DNA of 64,000 nt from Candidatus Marinacidobacterales bacterium (GTDB lineage Bacteria; Acidobacteriota; Vicinamibacteria; Marinacidobacterales; DATDRI01): the NCBI GenBank assembly GCA_965226495.1, contig OZ245365.1:576001-640000 (forward strand), given 5' to 3'. The translations under genes were made by a program, and so were the position numbers. Each line of letters begins with the position of its first letter. Position 1 is the first letter of the stretch. The notes below the pieces were generated by a model. The model made no database searches. It was given only the letters and a program-made list of their open reading frames with translations, and had not been told where the DNA came from. Below, piece by piece: positions 21,101 to 27,200 of this stretch.

Positions 21101-21479
21101 TTCTGGTATTACGAATGGCAGGGCGATTAAGGGAATCGAGGTCGACGCTTCCGTTGCTGCTTCCGGTGACCTTCGATTTAACAAGCTCATCATTCACGAT
21201 CTTCAGAGTCAGGACGGAACTGGCTCAGACGCTGATATATATGGCTTCAGACTCGTTAACGGAAATGTGAGGATCAGCAATTCGATTATCTATGACCTCG
21301 AGCAGACCACAGCGCTTAACAATGCCTCCGCTCTTGGAGTGAGGACATCCGGTGGATCGAGCCACTATCTCCATAACAATACCATCTTCAACATAAAGAA
21401 CACCGGGACTGGCACGGTACTACTTTCGGAGTCAGTGCATCCGGCGGTACGGTCACTGCCAAGAACACCGTTGTTCTAG
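9147..21479 (+). CDS. Giant secreted repeat protein 1, N-terminal part (BNR/Asp-box propeller, Ig-like modules, six beta-helix modules); frameshifted at about 21416
   Basis: 4110-aa ORF with a hydrophobic signal-like N-terminus, Asp-box motifs (YRQTTDGGTTW, WRSIDNGSSW, YKRSVDGMTSW) and six SVGTDNTALYS...PDIGADE modules. The last module continues in another frame after 21416. Confidence 0.9.
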   Translation: MSWLGGTLTKSAHPKLRSHALKALAFSILAVCLPTSLFSAEVTIESSAQVNHEVWESQGAAVIFTCDQIGYVFYLAAFDATSGTPTYRQTTDGGTTWGPAVAITSRTDIEDLGGIWYDRWTPGDTTGTKIHISYYSGVADDTTYYRSLDTADNSLGSEVLVADMTNINQDDGHTSITKATDGDLFIYAASTGVQDVWRSIDNGSSWVSTSASFLDDDLDQGNLMPLSGGDVLLTWYDATAATTFSRVLTNGLVWDVASTTVATNINFTSHTWASTWGTSIDKTSGDIFLAVNDCPADPVGCLPTPDSSIETYFYDESLRSWSQRTNVLSADTSNVRDVKVSIDENTGDIYVVYQRGGTGSHVYYKRSVDGMTSWGVETQVSTTGDDLRVIRPNLMSDERLYAVWFNDDLSDILGDTIVDLTSSTPSLTLTDQTATQVGDALTTSSPVTDVVFYRFNLARSGTVTVNNIRVNFTTGGGIVNADVTNGQLYRDENNDGAWDVGDTLLLGGVTPAGGVLAFNGLGEDPAGGTNYLVRATIDNLVNGDTTTFSVNFADIDVVEAGVNECGTITDAVHIQDLFLTLANHGSGQVPDRFTAVTPVTDVLFRFNLTATGTITVDVLRVNFTTGGGVVNGDVPVGQLWEDVNNDGAIDGGDSQIGGNVTPTGGVLTFNTDFSPAVSGTNYLVRATVANLLGADTTTFSVGAADIDPLEPSVTESGSITNAVHTQDNVVDLTQGHYRWRNDDGVELGDTNEVSETASTTTTNAAYEALSGMSITPGAGDYLVWFSGTLRNSSTGTQHVSLYLDAGQIAESEREITTETSIPNTRYVTATHAFIAGVTAGQTINVRWKTSAGTATMLERTLTVTKVNAADVTQATATTLATETSVTDTLINSMTLTPGAGDYLIWFSGSNANTAAPSKNHVSLYVNGSQVTHTEREIDQEESLGNTFFPVASHARVLAVGATDAIEARWRVSAGTANMNARTLTVYKINPAENFQASSDIDDGPFSTASYTQVNSMTLTPGAGDYLVWFSSSLVADNSGDTVHVSLFSGGSQVPHSEREIWVEGSIDTAPFQSFPVATHAYITGVGGSDAIEVRWQLTGGGTATMHERTLVVQKVPSPILATFAAAEDTKLTGLAKNTIKRVRFEVSNEGNASSGAVTYQLQVAETATCSAGSYNNVPTDTSGHWQVTDSSFITDGEPTANISPGLTDDATTFVSGELKDLGNTTGTITLGVDQFTEVEFSVQALAAATDGGDYCFRLQVLDTYINYAEVQLAAPTTDVTVTVSGTQTATMGIPSTNQYVGGKFVIVDNTGSRNITGITITESGTVDALNNLDNIKLFYELDTTAPYDGASESYAGTESQFGVTDTTGFSAANGTSSFTGTVAINTTSTMVVYVVFDVGAGATPGETVEISINDSSTEVTASAGTVGPATPVAIPGTTTLAAPPAGVIFYSVGTDNTALYSDTASAASGTLTLNSAAANNIGVGDEIREGANRYYITGRTSATVFAIQNSAANGGTPGDTNITFALTAITIFRAFNDLDTAPTGSADANHLNTTDLVTGNFQLNWACYNDGPDPSVEVVIQEPWVTGPANYIRVFTPTDSTQVGISQRHTGVAGTGYRIAPSTVAGSGNFNLLQISTDFGHVRIEGIELDGSNVTGGDGVYGIDLGDSDGASSDDIRISHCLIHDITNSSLADASGLDVAGINVFVGRPSDNTKIWNNIIYDVSNVSTNGASDAKGIRMSAPGVTYYVYNNTVYDIRKTGTGGDANGIEDNGVTGVHAKNNYVGLVQHLMGGPQLCFNGTFLSENNNVSSDATAGGAGSQINQSAYASYFVDTTGGSENLHLLNDSNTLWGSFGTDLDSDANLPITDDVDGEARDATQPDIGADEAAPAVVAFYSVGTDNTALYSDTASASAGTLTLNSPAVDKIGVGDEIREGVNRYYITGRNSATEFTIQNSAANGGTPGDANITFASTAITVFRAFNTLTAAEAGSSNASHLNTANLVTGNFQLNWTCYDDAALNDTVVINGYTTGASSYIHIYTPTATNEVGISQRHTGVAGTGFRLVPVTSTPPSLIRVLRIQDEHVRVTGIEIDGSSITNGQELEGVSTSNSLTGASDIRLDKLIVHDIRSEDGGGGDADPIGVHIGGGNVKLSNSIIYDIAQSTAQANADAYGSRTSGVANNVFYHNNTIFNIKNTGNTRSAWGIQRSVGTVTAKNNAVLDVESTSGGEACFNGAMTQSNNVSSDATAVGPQNQTSYATYFQNITNGSENLHLRNDSNALWGSFGADLDTDPNLPVTEDVDAEARDVSTPDIGADEFAGAVGAGVIYYSVGTDNTALYSDTASASAGTLTLTSPAVDKIGVGDEIREGANRYYITGRTSATEFTIQNSAANGGTPGDTSITFASTAITIFRAFNGLSATQAGSSDANHLATSNLVTGNFQLNWACYNDGPMSDVLSDWNGVSITGWTTGVSNYIRMFAPVTATEVGTSQRHSGTAGSGFRYVPSTATPQVTFSLVDVQADHFRIEGIEIDGSSVSNGQGVQAIGTFGVTTAGSDLWFDKLLIHSLTNTTDGIVRAISLQDGNLKLSNSIIYGLTSVGTTATNYAIGVELNEAAGTFYIHNNTIYNIKQTAGAGGANAYGIVRWPAAGATTVKNTYVGDVNSILGSEWDFNGITTQSNNVSSDATAAGAGSQVNKAAYATYFQNITAGSENLHLRNDSNTLWGSFGADLDSDPNLPITDDIDGDVRDASTPDIGADEFTGAVGAGVIYYSVGTDNTALYSGNASASSGTLTLASAAVDKIGVGDEIRLGANRYYITGRNSSTEFTLQDSAANGGTPGDTNINFASTAITIFRAFNDLDTATTGSADANHLNTSNLVAGDFQLNWVGYNDGPDPSWRPAIEEPWVTGASNYIRLFTPTDPSQVGVSQRHTGTAGTGYRIRPVGSAIGISHFNFVFISTDNGYVRLEGIEIDGSGLTNAENIRGIYINDPAPGTGEDVRISHSLIHDLVNTTIDDSDQSKILALYVDQTNNTKISNNVVYHLLNVSTNAASETTGLDSVVGGTTHYVFNNTFYDIQSTATTQQARGIWDSVGSTLDVQNNYVGLVDSVGGLEACFVGPFANENNNVSSDATAAGTDSQTNQSAYASYFVDTTGGSENLHLINDSNTLWGSFGADLDTDPNLPVTDDVDADARDASTPDIGADEFSNPVIVTFYSVGTDNTALYSDTGSASSGTLTLNSAAVDKIGVGDEIREGANRYYITGRISATQFTIQNSAANGGTPGDTNITFGLTAITIFRAFNTLTAAEAGSLDGSHLGTANLVVSNFQLNWTCYNDTALDDTVFINGYTTGPNNYIHIYTPTTTSEVGTSQRHDGTAGTGFRMVPVTSTPSSLVNFVRIDDDHVRITGIEIDGSSITNAQEITGVSISSSVSPSSDIRLDKLIIHDIQSQDGTGGDADPIGIHIGDGNVRLSNSIIYDIVQTTVNVDAWPRGVRINSGNHYLHNNTIFNIKNTGNALDAYGIASAGTVTVKSTVVLDVVASGGPQACFSGALTQSNNVSSGATAVGPQNQSGPYTNYFVDVSDGTEDLHLLNDSNSLWGSFGADLDSDPNLPITDDIDGGVRDASTPDIGADEFGAAPGSLTLADHGATQVGDQFTIQASVTDVLFRLNLSRSGTVTVDNIRVNFTVAGGVANGDVSNGELYRDVNNNGVFDSGTDTLVLGSVTPVAGVLAFNSLSEDPGAGTNYIVRATVNSLNAGDTTTLSVGTADIDLVQGGVLESGSITNAVHTRDAGAIIYYSVGTDNTALYSDTASASTGVLTLNSAAADNIGVGDEIREGANRYYITGRISATEFTIQDSAANGGTPGDSNINFALTGITIFRAFNTLTLAEANSPDVDHLNTSDLVAGNFQLNWTCYDDLALDDTAIIDGYTTGASNYIHIYTPTATSEVGVSQRHIGVAGTGFRIAPITAAPADPLEIIDIRDDHVRITGIEFDGSGITNGRAIKGIEVDASVAASGDLRFNKLIIHDLQSQDGTGSDADIYGFRLVNGNVRISNSIIYDLEQTTALNNASALGVRTSGGSSHYLHNNTIFNIKNTGTGTVLLSESVHPAVRSLPRTPLF

Positions 21480-21776
21480 ATGTTGCCGGACTTGGTACCG
21501 TAGCGTGCTTTGACGGCGCGATCACCCAAAGCAACAACGTCTCCTCGGATGCCACCGCCACGGGGGCGGGTAGCCAGATCAACCAGCTCTCCTACGCTAC
21601 TTACTTTGTAAGCACGATTGCCGGCAGTGAAAATCTTCACCTGCTAAACGACTCGAACACCCTTTGGGGCTCGTTCGGGGCGGATCTGGATAGCGATCCC
21701 GACCTTCCGGTCACGGATGACATCGACGGGGCGGCGCGTGACGCTTCGACTCCGGACATCGGTGCAGACGAGTTTG
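13491..21776 (+). repeat. Six copies of a ~1.3-kb constant-variable-constant beta-helix module in gene 1
   Basis: Starts at about 13491, 14823, 16116, 17436, 18762 and 20505 (TCGGTGGGGACGGACAA...). Four further copies in gene 3 at about 44438, 45728, 47054 and 49991. Confidence 0.9.
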
Positions 21777-24700
21777 GCGCCGGCGGACCCTGCATTCCCA
21801 CCATTAACTTCCGGTCGATCGGTATCGATACCAACCCGCTCGCCAACACGGGCACGGCCTCGGTGGCGCTAGGCGGCACGGTGGTCACCCTCAGCGTGGC
21901 TTTGCCATCGAATATCGGCAGGGGGGATCGGATCTGGCTCGATACCAGCGGTGTCAACGAGGAGCGGTTCATCCTGGTTCGCAACTCTGATACGCAGGTG
22001 ACGTTGCAGCAGCCGGCACAGAATGACCACAGCGGTGGCGTGTCCTACAGCATAGAGCGTGCTTACTCGGGCGCAGACCCCATTCAGGCCTGGGAAACGG
22101 CGCGCCAAGGAGATCTCGTTGCTCAGAACCGAAGGGAAATCGGTGTCGCCTATAACGATGGTGTTCTCACCAATGGCGTGGATATTGTGGGCTCGACCAC
22201 CGACGCGTGCCACTTCATGTGGCTTACCGTGGCCGAGGGGGACCGCCATAGCGGTGTCGCGGGTACTGGGGCTCTTATCGACTCGAGCAGTGAGGGCGAT
22301 CCGCTCGTCGGTGAGATCGAGATTTTTGACCCCTACACGGTCGTCGACTGGTTCGAGGTTACGGGAGTCAACGGAAATAGCACCAATGCCGGCGTCAGGG
22401 TCAGCGCCAGCGCTACCAACATAAGCCTCTCCAATCTCATCGTTCACGGAAATCAGAACGGAGTGCGCGGCTCCGGCACCGGTACTAAAAGCTTCACCAT
22501 CCGAAACTCCATCATCTATGACAATGTGGAGGCTGGTATCGAAGGCGATGAGGCCGGCGACACCGTTCTCGTCGAGAACTGTACTGTTTACAAGAATCCG
22601 TCGCGCGGTGTGGCTGCGACAGATGCGGACATGACGGTCACCAACACGATCTCGGTGAACAACGCTCCCGGGCCCGACTTTAGTGTCGGGGTTGGAACTC
22701 TAACGCAAACCAACAACATTTCGTCCGACGGCACCGCGGCGGGCACGGGCCCGCTGACGGGCCGCACCGCGACCGACAATCCCACCCCCGGTGCGGGTAA
22801 CTGGGTCATCTTCCGAAGCCTCACCGCGGGCGTTGAAAACCTCCACCTCCAAACCGGTGCTGAAAATGATGCCATCGATGCCGGTACCGACTTGTCTTCC
22901 TTCTTTGCGAATGACATCGACAACGAGCTGCGCCCCGGCGGAGCTTGGGACATTGGAGCGGATGAGCTGGCGGCCACGTTGATGGTTACCGGCAAGTACA
23001 CGGGCGACGGTGGTGCCGGTCGGCAGATCACGGGACTCGGCTTCCAACCGGACGTGGTCCTCATCAAGGTTGACTACCTGGCAGCGGCCGCGGACGATTC
23101 GGCCGCGATCATGAAGACGGCGACCATGAGCGGCGCCAACTCGAAGCCCCTCCATGCGGCACAAACCTTTCGAACCGACTTGATCACGTCGCTCGATGCC
23201 GATGGATTCACAGTTGACAACACACTCAATGTCAACGCTCTGAACAGCTGCGGTGCCGGAAGCGACCCATGCGAATATCACTGGATTGCCTGGAAAGCCG
23301 GCGCGGACATGAAGCTCGGGACCTACACCGGAAATGGCACGACACAGTCGATTACCGGGGCCGGCTTTTCACCCGATTACCTAGTCGTCATGGCGGAGAC
23401 GAATCTCCGGCCCGTCCATCGTAACAGCTTGACAGGTGCCTGGAGTTCAAGGTTCGGGCCGGGAGGTTTTTCTGCAGACGCCATTACTTCACTCGACGCA
23501 GACGGCTTCAGTCTAGGGAACAGCGTCACTGAACCGGCAAACCACCCGAACGAATCGGGCGTGACTTACCACTACGCGGTCTGGAACGAGGTGGCCGGGC
23601 AAATGGATGTCGGCATCTACCCGGGAGATGACAGCGACGACAAAGATATCAACGGCGTTGGCTTTCAGCCCGAGTTCGTGATGGTGCAGGCGTACGACGA
23701 CAGTAAGGACGGCCGGATGAAGAGCGATACCATGACCATTGGTGCCTCTGACGACGCTTCGATGAGCTTCCGGGGAGGCCTCGTAAACAATGTCATCCAG
23801 GACCTCACCACCGACGGCTTCCAAATCGGCTCTGACACTACCATCAACGACTCTTCAATCAATTACTTTTATGCCGCCTTCAACGCGATACCGAACCTCG
23901 CAACGGCGGTCGAGCTCGTTTCCTTCACGGCGACCGGTCTCGACGGCGAGGTTTCGCTGGAGTGGGAGACGGGTTCGGAGCTGGATAACCTGGGATTCCA
24001 TCTGTACCGGTCGCTTTCCGTGGAGGGTCCGTACGAGCAGATCACGGCCAGCGTGATTCCTGGGCTCGGTTCTTCTCCTGAGGGAGCGAAGTACGCGTAC
24101 CGCGATTCGGGCCTCACCAACGGCGTGGCCTACTACTACAAGTTGGAAGACATCGAGACGACGGGAGTGACAGAGCTCCATGGCCCGATCTCGGCAACCC
24201 CGAGCTCGGAAGTTGTGGTCGAAGGCGGCTCCGAAGGCGAGGAAGGTTCGACCGGAGAAGACCTCGGTGACCTGACGTCTCGCATCACCTACGGGGATCC
24301 GTTGGCGAATGAGCTGAAGGTACGCCGCCGCGGCAAGAAGTGGATGGAGCTCGAGCTTATCACCGAAGGCTTCTATGCCATCCCGCAAGACGATGGCTCG
24401 GTGTTGCTGGAGGTTCCTGGCTTCGAAGACTTCGGTGGTCCGGACCTACCGGATGTACCGGTCTACCGCACGTGGCAGGATGTCCTGGCGGGACGCAACG
24501 TGAAGGTGGCGTCGGTGAAGGTCGGCGGAGTGGCGGAGTTTGCGAGCCTGCGCCCGAGCTCCTCGGAGCTCGTCGTCGTGGCTTCGGGAGACGGCACGGT
24601 TTCGACCGGGCGCCGGCGTAGGAAGCGCCGCCAGCCACCTCATGTTTACTACCCCGAGTCGTGGGCCAAGCTGATGAGCGTGGGCTTCCAAGGTCCTGCG

Positions 24701-26950
24701 AAAAAGGCGTTGGTCGAGATGGCCCCGCTTCGGTGGGATGCTACGGCCGAGCGATTGGTGCTGGCCCGCCGTGTGGTGGTGCGTATCTCGTTCAAGGGCA
24801 AAGACAAGGCAGAGCTGAAGCTCGGCAAGAGTCACCGAGAAGTCGGAAGCCATGCGAACCGGAGCGTCTATGCCCGCATCGCGGTGACCGAGCCCGGACT
24901 CTATGGGGTGAGCTACGAGTCGGTATTCGGAAAGAGGCGAAAGGCCATCAAGACCAGCTCCTTGAGACTGAGCCGTCAGGGTGAGCCGGTGGCGTTTTTC
25001 GTGAGTCCGAACGCGAAGAAGTTCAAGAAGAACTCGAAGCTGTACTTCTTGAGTGATGGGGCGGCTTTGAATCCGTATGGTCACGAAGCGGTCTATGAGC
25101 TCGAAGCCAGCCAACAAGGCCTCCAGATGGAGTCCTTGAATGGAAGCCCAGTGGGAGCCCCCACCAGTTTCTACTGGAAGACGTTGAAGCGGGAAGAGAA
25201 CCTGCTCTACCAAGCTGCTTTCGAGGGAGAAGAAGACATCTGGCAGTGGGATTGGCTATTCGGTCCGATGACGAACGGCTATCCGTTCGAAGTGACAAAT
25301 CTGTCGCCCGTGGCCGAAAACTCGAAACTGAGAGTGTGGCTCCACGGAGCGAGTGACTTCCCGGAGGATCCGGATCATCACGTGCGTCTCTACGTGAACG
25401 GAACGCTCCTGACCGAGACGTGGTGGGACGGCGAGACGCCGCACTTCGTGGAAACCGAACTAGGTCCTGGTCTACTCCAAGAAGGCGAGAACACGCTCGA
25501 GATAGAAGAGGTCGGGGACACGGAAGCTCAGTACTCGATGGTGATGCTGGACCGTTTCGAGGTGAGCTACCCGGCCCAGCTGGTAGCGGAAGCGGGCGAG
25601 CTCAAGGGCAGTTTCAGCGAATCGGGAGTGGCGACTATCACGAGTCCGCCCGGGAACCTTTTCGACGTGACGGATCCAGAACCGAAACGGGTCACCGGAT
25701 TCCAAGCGGTCCAAGAAGGATTGAGCTATCAAGCCGAATCGGGTCATCGCTATCTATTGACGAGCTCGGTGAAGACTCCCGAAGTGAGGCGCGCACAGCC
25801 TGCAGGTCTGAAAAAGGCGTGGAGCCGAGCGGAGTATCTAGTCATCGGTCCGCGAGAGTTTCTGGCTGCCGCGGAGCCTCTGCTGTTCCATCGTCGAGAC
25901 GAGGGCCTGATATCGGGAGCGATTGCAACGGAAGACATCTATGACGAGTTCGGATACGGTGAGGCGACGCCGGAGTCGATCAAGGACTTCCTGAGCTACG
26001 TCTACCACCACTGGAGCGAGCCGACATTAAGGTACGTCCTCTTACTCGGAGACGGGACCTACGATACCAAGGACTATTTGGCCACAGGTGTGAAGAGCCA
26101 GGTCCCAGTAAAGATTCTCAAGACGCAGTTCGTGTGGACCGCATCGGATCCGTGGTACGGAGCCATCAATGGCGAGGACATACTTCCGGATGTGGCGGTG
26201 GGGAGGCTTCCGGCGGCGTCGTTCGAAGAGGCGCAGCGACTGGTCGCGAAGATCCTTGAGTACGAGAGAGAGCCCTCAGCTCCCGCGCAGTCGCCTGACG
26301 ACGGAGCGGGGGGCGCTGGGGGTGGGGCCCCGGCGCCATTGAGTAACGCAAGCAGACTCACTGGTCCGATCGTCCTGATTGCCGACAACCCGGATGCAGC
26401 CGGGAACTTCGTGTCGGATGCCGAATCGCTGTCCTCGACGGTGCTTTCTGGAGAGGATGTCCGGAAGATCTACTTGACCGATCTCGGATCGGCGGGAGCC
26501 CGAAGTGCCGTGCTTCAGGCCTTCGACGACGGAGCATCCCTCATTAGTTATATGGGGCACGGGGCGATTCATCTCTGGGCGAACGAGAACTTGCTCAACA
26601 TCTGGGATGTGGATTCACTATCACCACAATCTCAGCAACCGTTCCTTCTAACGATGAACTGCCTGAACGGGTACTTCCACTTCCCGTACTTCAACTCCTT
26701 GTCGGAAGAGCTTCTGAAGGCGGAGGGGAAGGGCATCATCGCGGCCTTCTCGCCGACCGGCTTGAGTCTCAACGGGCCGGCGCATCGATTCCACAAGGCT
26801 CTACTCGACCATGTCGTCAATCAGCAGCACGAGCGATTGGGAGATGCAGTACTGGCGGGCCAGGCCGCTTATGCCGAGACGGGAGCCTTCCCGGAGCTTC
26901 TGAGCATCTACCATCTGCTGGGGGATCCGGCCCTTCGAATGCGACAGTAA
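21416..26950 (+). CDS. Giant protein 1, C-terminal part (beta-helix, GFQPD repeats, C25 peptidase cassette); with the previous ORF it forms one ~5934-aa gene
   Basis: The frame of ORF 21863..26950 is open back to 21416 and reads GTTFGVSASGGTVTAKNTVVLDV...NNVSSDATA...PDIGADEF, completing the module. It ends SYMGHG...TMNCLNG...YHLLGDPALR. Confidence 0.9.
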   Translation, partial: GTTFGVSASGGTVTAKNTVVLDVAGLGTVACFDGAITQSNNVSSDATATGAGSQINQLSYATYFVSTIAGSENLHLLNDSNTLWGSFGADLDSDPDLPVTDDIDGAARDASTPDIGADEFGAGGPCIPTINFRSIGIDTNPLANTGTASVALGGTVVTLSVALPSNIGRGDRIWLDTSGVNEERFILVRNSDTQVTLQQPAQNDHSGGVSYSIERAYSGADPIQAWETARQGDLVAQNRREIGVAYNDGVLTNGVDIVGSTTDACHFMWLTVAEGDRHSGVAGTGALIDSSSEGDPLVGEIEIFDPYTVVDWFEVTGVNGNSTNAGVRVSASATNISLSNLIVHGNQNGVRGSGTGTKSFTIRNSIIYDNVEAGIEGDEAGDTVLVENCTVYKNPSRGVAATDADMTVTNTISVNNAPGPDFSVGVGTLTQTNNISSDGTAAGTGPLTGRTATDNPTPGAGNWVIFRSLTAGVENLHLQTGAENDAIDAGTDLSSFFANDIDNELRPGGAWDIGADELAATLMVTGKYTGDGGAGRQITGLGFQPDVVLIKVDYLAAAADDSAAIMKTATMSGANSKPLHAAQTFRTDLITSLDADGFTVDNTLNVNALNSCGAGSDPCEYHWIAWKAGADMKLGTYTGNGTTQSITGAGFSPDYLVVMAETNLRPVHRNSLTGAWSSRFGPGGFSADAITSLDADGFSLGNSVTEPANHPNESGVTYHYAVWNEVAGQMDVGIYPGDDSDDKDINGVGFQPEFVMVQAYDDSKDGRMKSDTMTIGASDDASMSFRGGLVNNVIQDLTTDGFQIGSDTTINDSSINYFYAAFNAIPNLATAVELVSFTATGLDGEVSLEWETGSELDNLGFHLYRSLSVEGPYEQITASVIPGLGSSPEGAKYAYRDSGLTNGVAYYYKLEDIETTGVTELHGPISATPSSEVVVEGGSEGEEGSTGEDLGDLTSRITYGDPLANELKVRRRGKKWMELELITEGFYAIPQDDGSVLLEVPGFEDFGGPDLPDVPVYRTWQDVLAGRNVKVASVKVGGVAEFASLRPSSSELVVVASGDGTVSTGRRRRKRRQPPHVYYPESWAKLMSVGFQGPAKKALVEMAPLRWDATAERLVLARRVVVRISFKGKDKAELKLGKSHREVGSHANRSVYARIAVTEPGLYGVSYESVFGKRRKAIKTSSLRLSRQGEPVAFFVSPNAKKFKKNSKLYFLSDGAALNPYGHEAVYELEASQQGLQMESLNGSPVGAPTSFYWKTLKREENLLYQAAFEGEEDIWQWDWLFGPMTNGYPFEVTNLSPVAENSKLRVWLHGASDFPEDPDHHVRLYVNGTLLTETWWDGETPHFVETELGPGLLQEGENTLEIEEVGDTEAQYSMVMLDRFEVSYPAQLVAEAGELKGSFSESGVATITSPPGNLFDVTDPEPKRVTGFQAVQEGLSYQAESGHRYLLTSSVKTPEVRRAQPAGLKKAWSRAEYLVIGPREFLAAAEPLLFHRRDEGLISGAIATEDIYDEFGYGEATPESIKDFLSYVYHHWSEPTLRYVLLLGDGTYDTKDYLATGVKSQVPVKILKTQFVWTASDPWYGAINGEDILPDVAVGRLPAASFEEAQRLVAKILEYEREPSAPAQSPDDGAGGAGGGAPAPLSNASRLTGPIVLIADNPDAAGNFVSDAESLSSTVLSGEDVRKIYLTDLGSAGARSAVLQAFDDGASLISYMGHGAIHLWANENLLNIWDVDSLSPQSQQPFLLTMNCLNGYFHFPYFNSLSEELLKAEGKGIIAAFSPTGLSLNGPAHRFHKALLDHVVNQQHERLGDAVLAGQAAYAETGAFPELLSIYHLLGDPALRMRQ
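23900..26950 (+). repeat. Conserved ~3.05-kb C-terminal cassette (TAVELxxF, Ig/FN3-like, C25 propeptide-like, C25 peptidase), copy 1
   Basis: Near-identical protein and DNA to 36183-39230 and 54914-57961. Confidence 0.95.
26270..26342 (+). mobile_element. ~72-bp double-hairpin palindromic element inserted in frame in gene 1
   Basis: GAGCCCTCAGC..CGCAGTCGC..GACGGAG..GCGCTGGGGGTGGGGCCCCGGCGCCATTGA. It encodes an insertion (EPSAPAQSPDDGAGGAGGGAPAPL) that is absent at this site in genes 2 and 3. Confidence 0.7.
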
Positions 26951-27029
26951 GCAACCCCGCTTCACTCTGCGGGTGTTTCCCCACGTTCGTCCCGTAAACT
27001 CGACCTACGTAAGGTTTTGTCGGTGCGAG

Positions 27030-27083
27030 GGAGCATCCCACCACATATGGGGAAATCGGACAAAATCGTGGCCGGTTCCCCAC
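27030..27083 (+). promoter_or_regulatory. Putative enhancer (UAS) boxes, giant gene 2
   Basis: CCACATATGGGGAA, then GTGGccggttccCCAC at 27068, 21 nt after ATGG at 27047. Confidence 0.65.
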
Positions 27084-27117
27084 AGAACGGTCACGCGCGC
27101 CAGAGTAGAAACGCACC

Positions 27118-27174
27118 TAACCGATTGATTTTAAAGGGTCCACGGTGCGCCCCCAGGAGGCACGCCTCTTGCTT
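27118..27174 (+). promoter_or_regulatory. IHF site plus sigma-54 promoter, giant gene 2
   Basis: TAAccgaTTGATT (27118-27130) is a perfect IHF core. aGGCAcgcctcTTGCT has GG 27159-60 and GC 27171-72. RBS GGAGG at 27189. Confidence 0.8.
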
Positions 27175-27200
27175 TATTAGGCTCGACTGGAGGTACGCGT

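Noticed and set aside
26954-26979. Possible intrinsic terminator after gene 1 (CCCGC-8 nt-GCGGG-TGTTT)
   Set aside because: Short stem and weak U-tract. It also overlaps a GCGG-N8-CCAC enhancer-like box, so it cannot be called.
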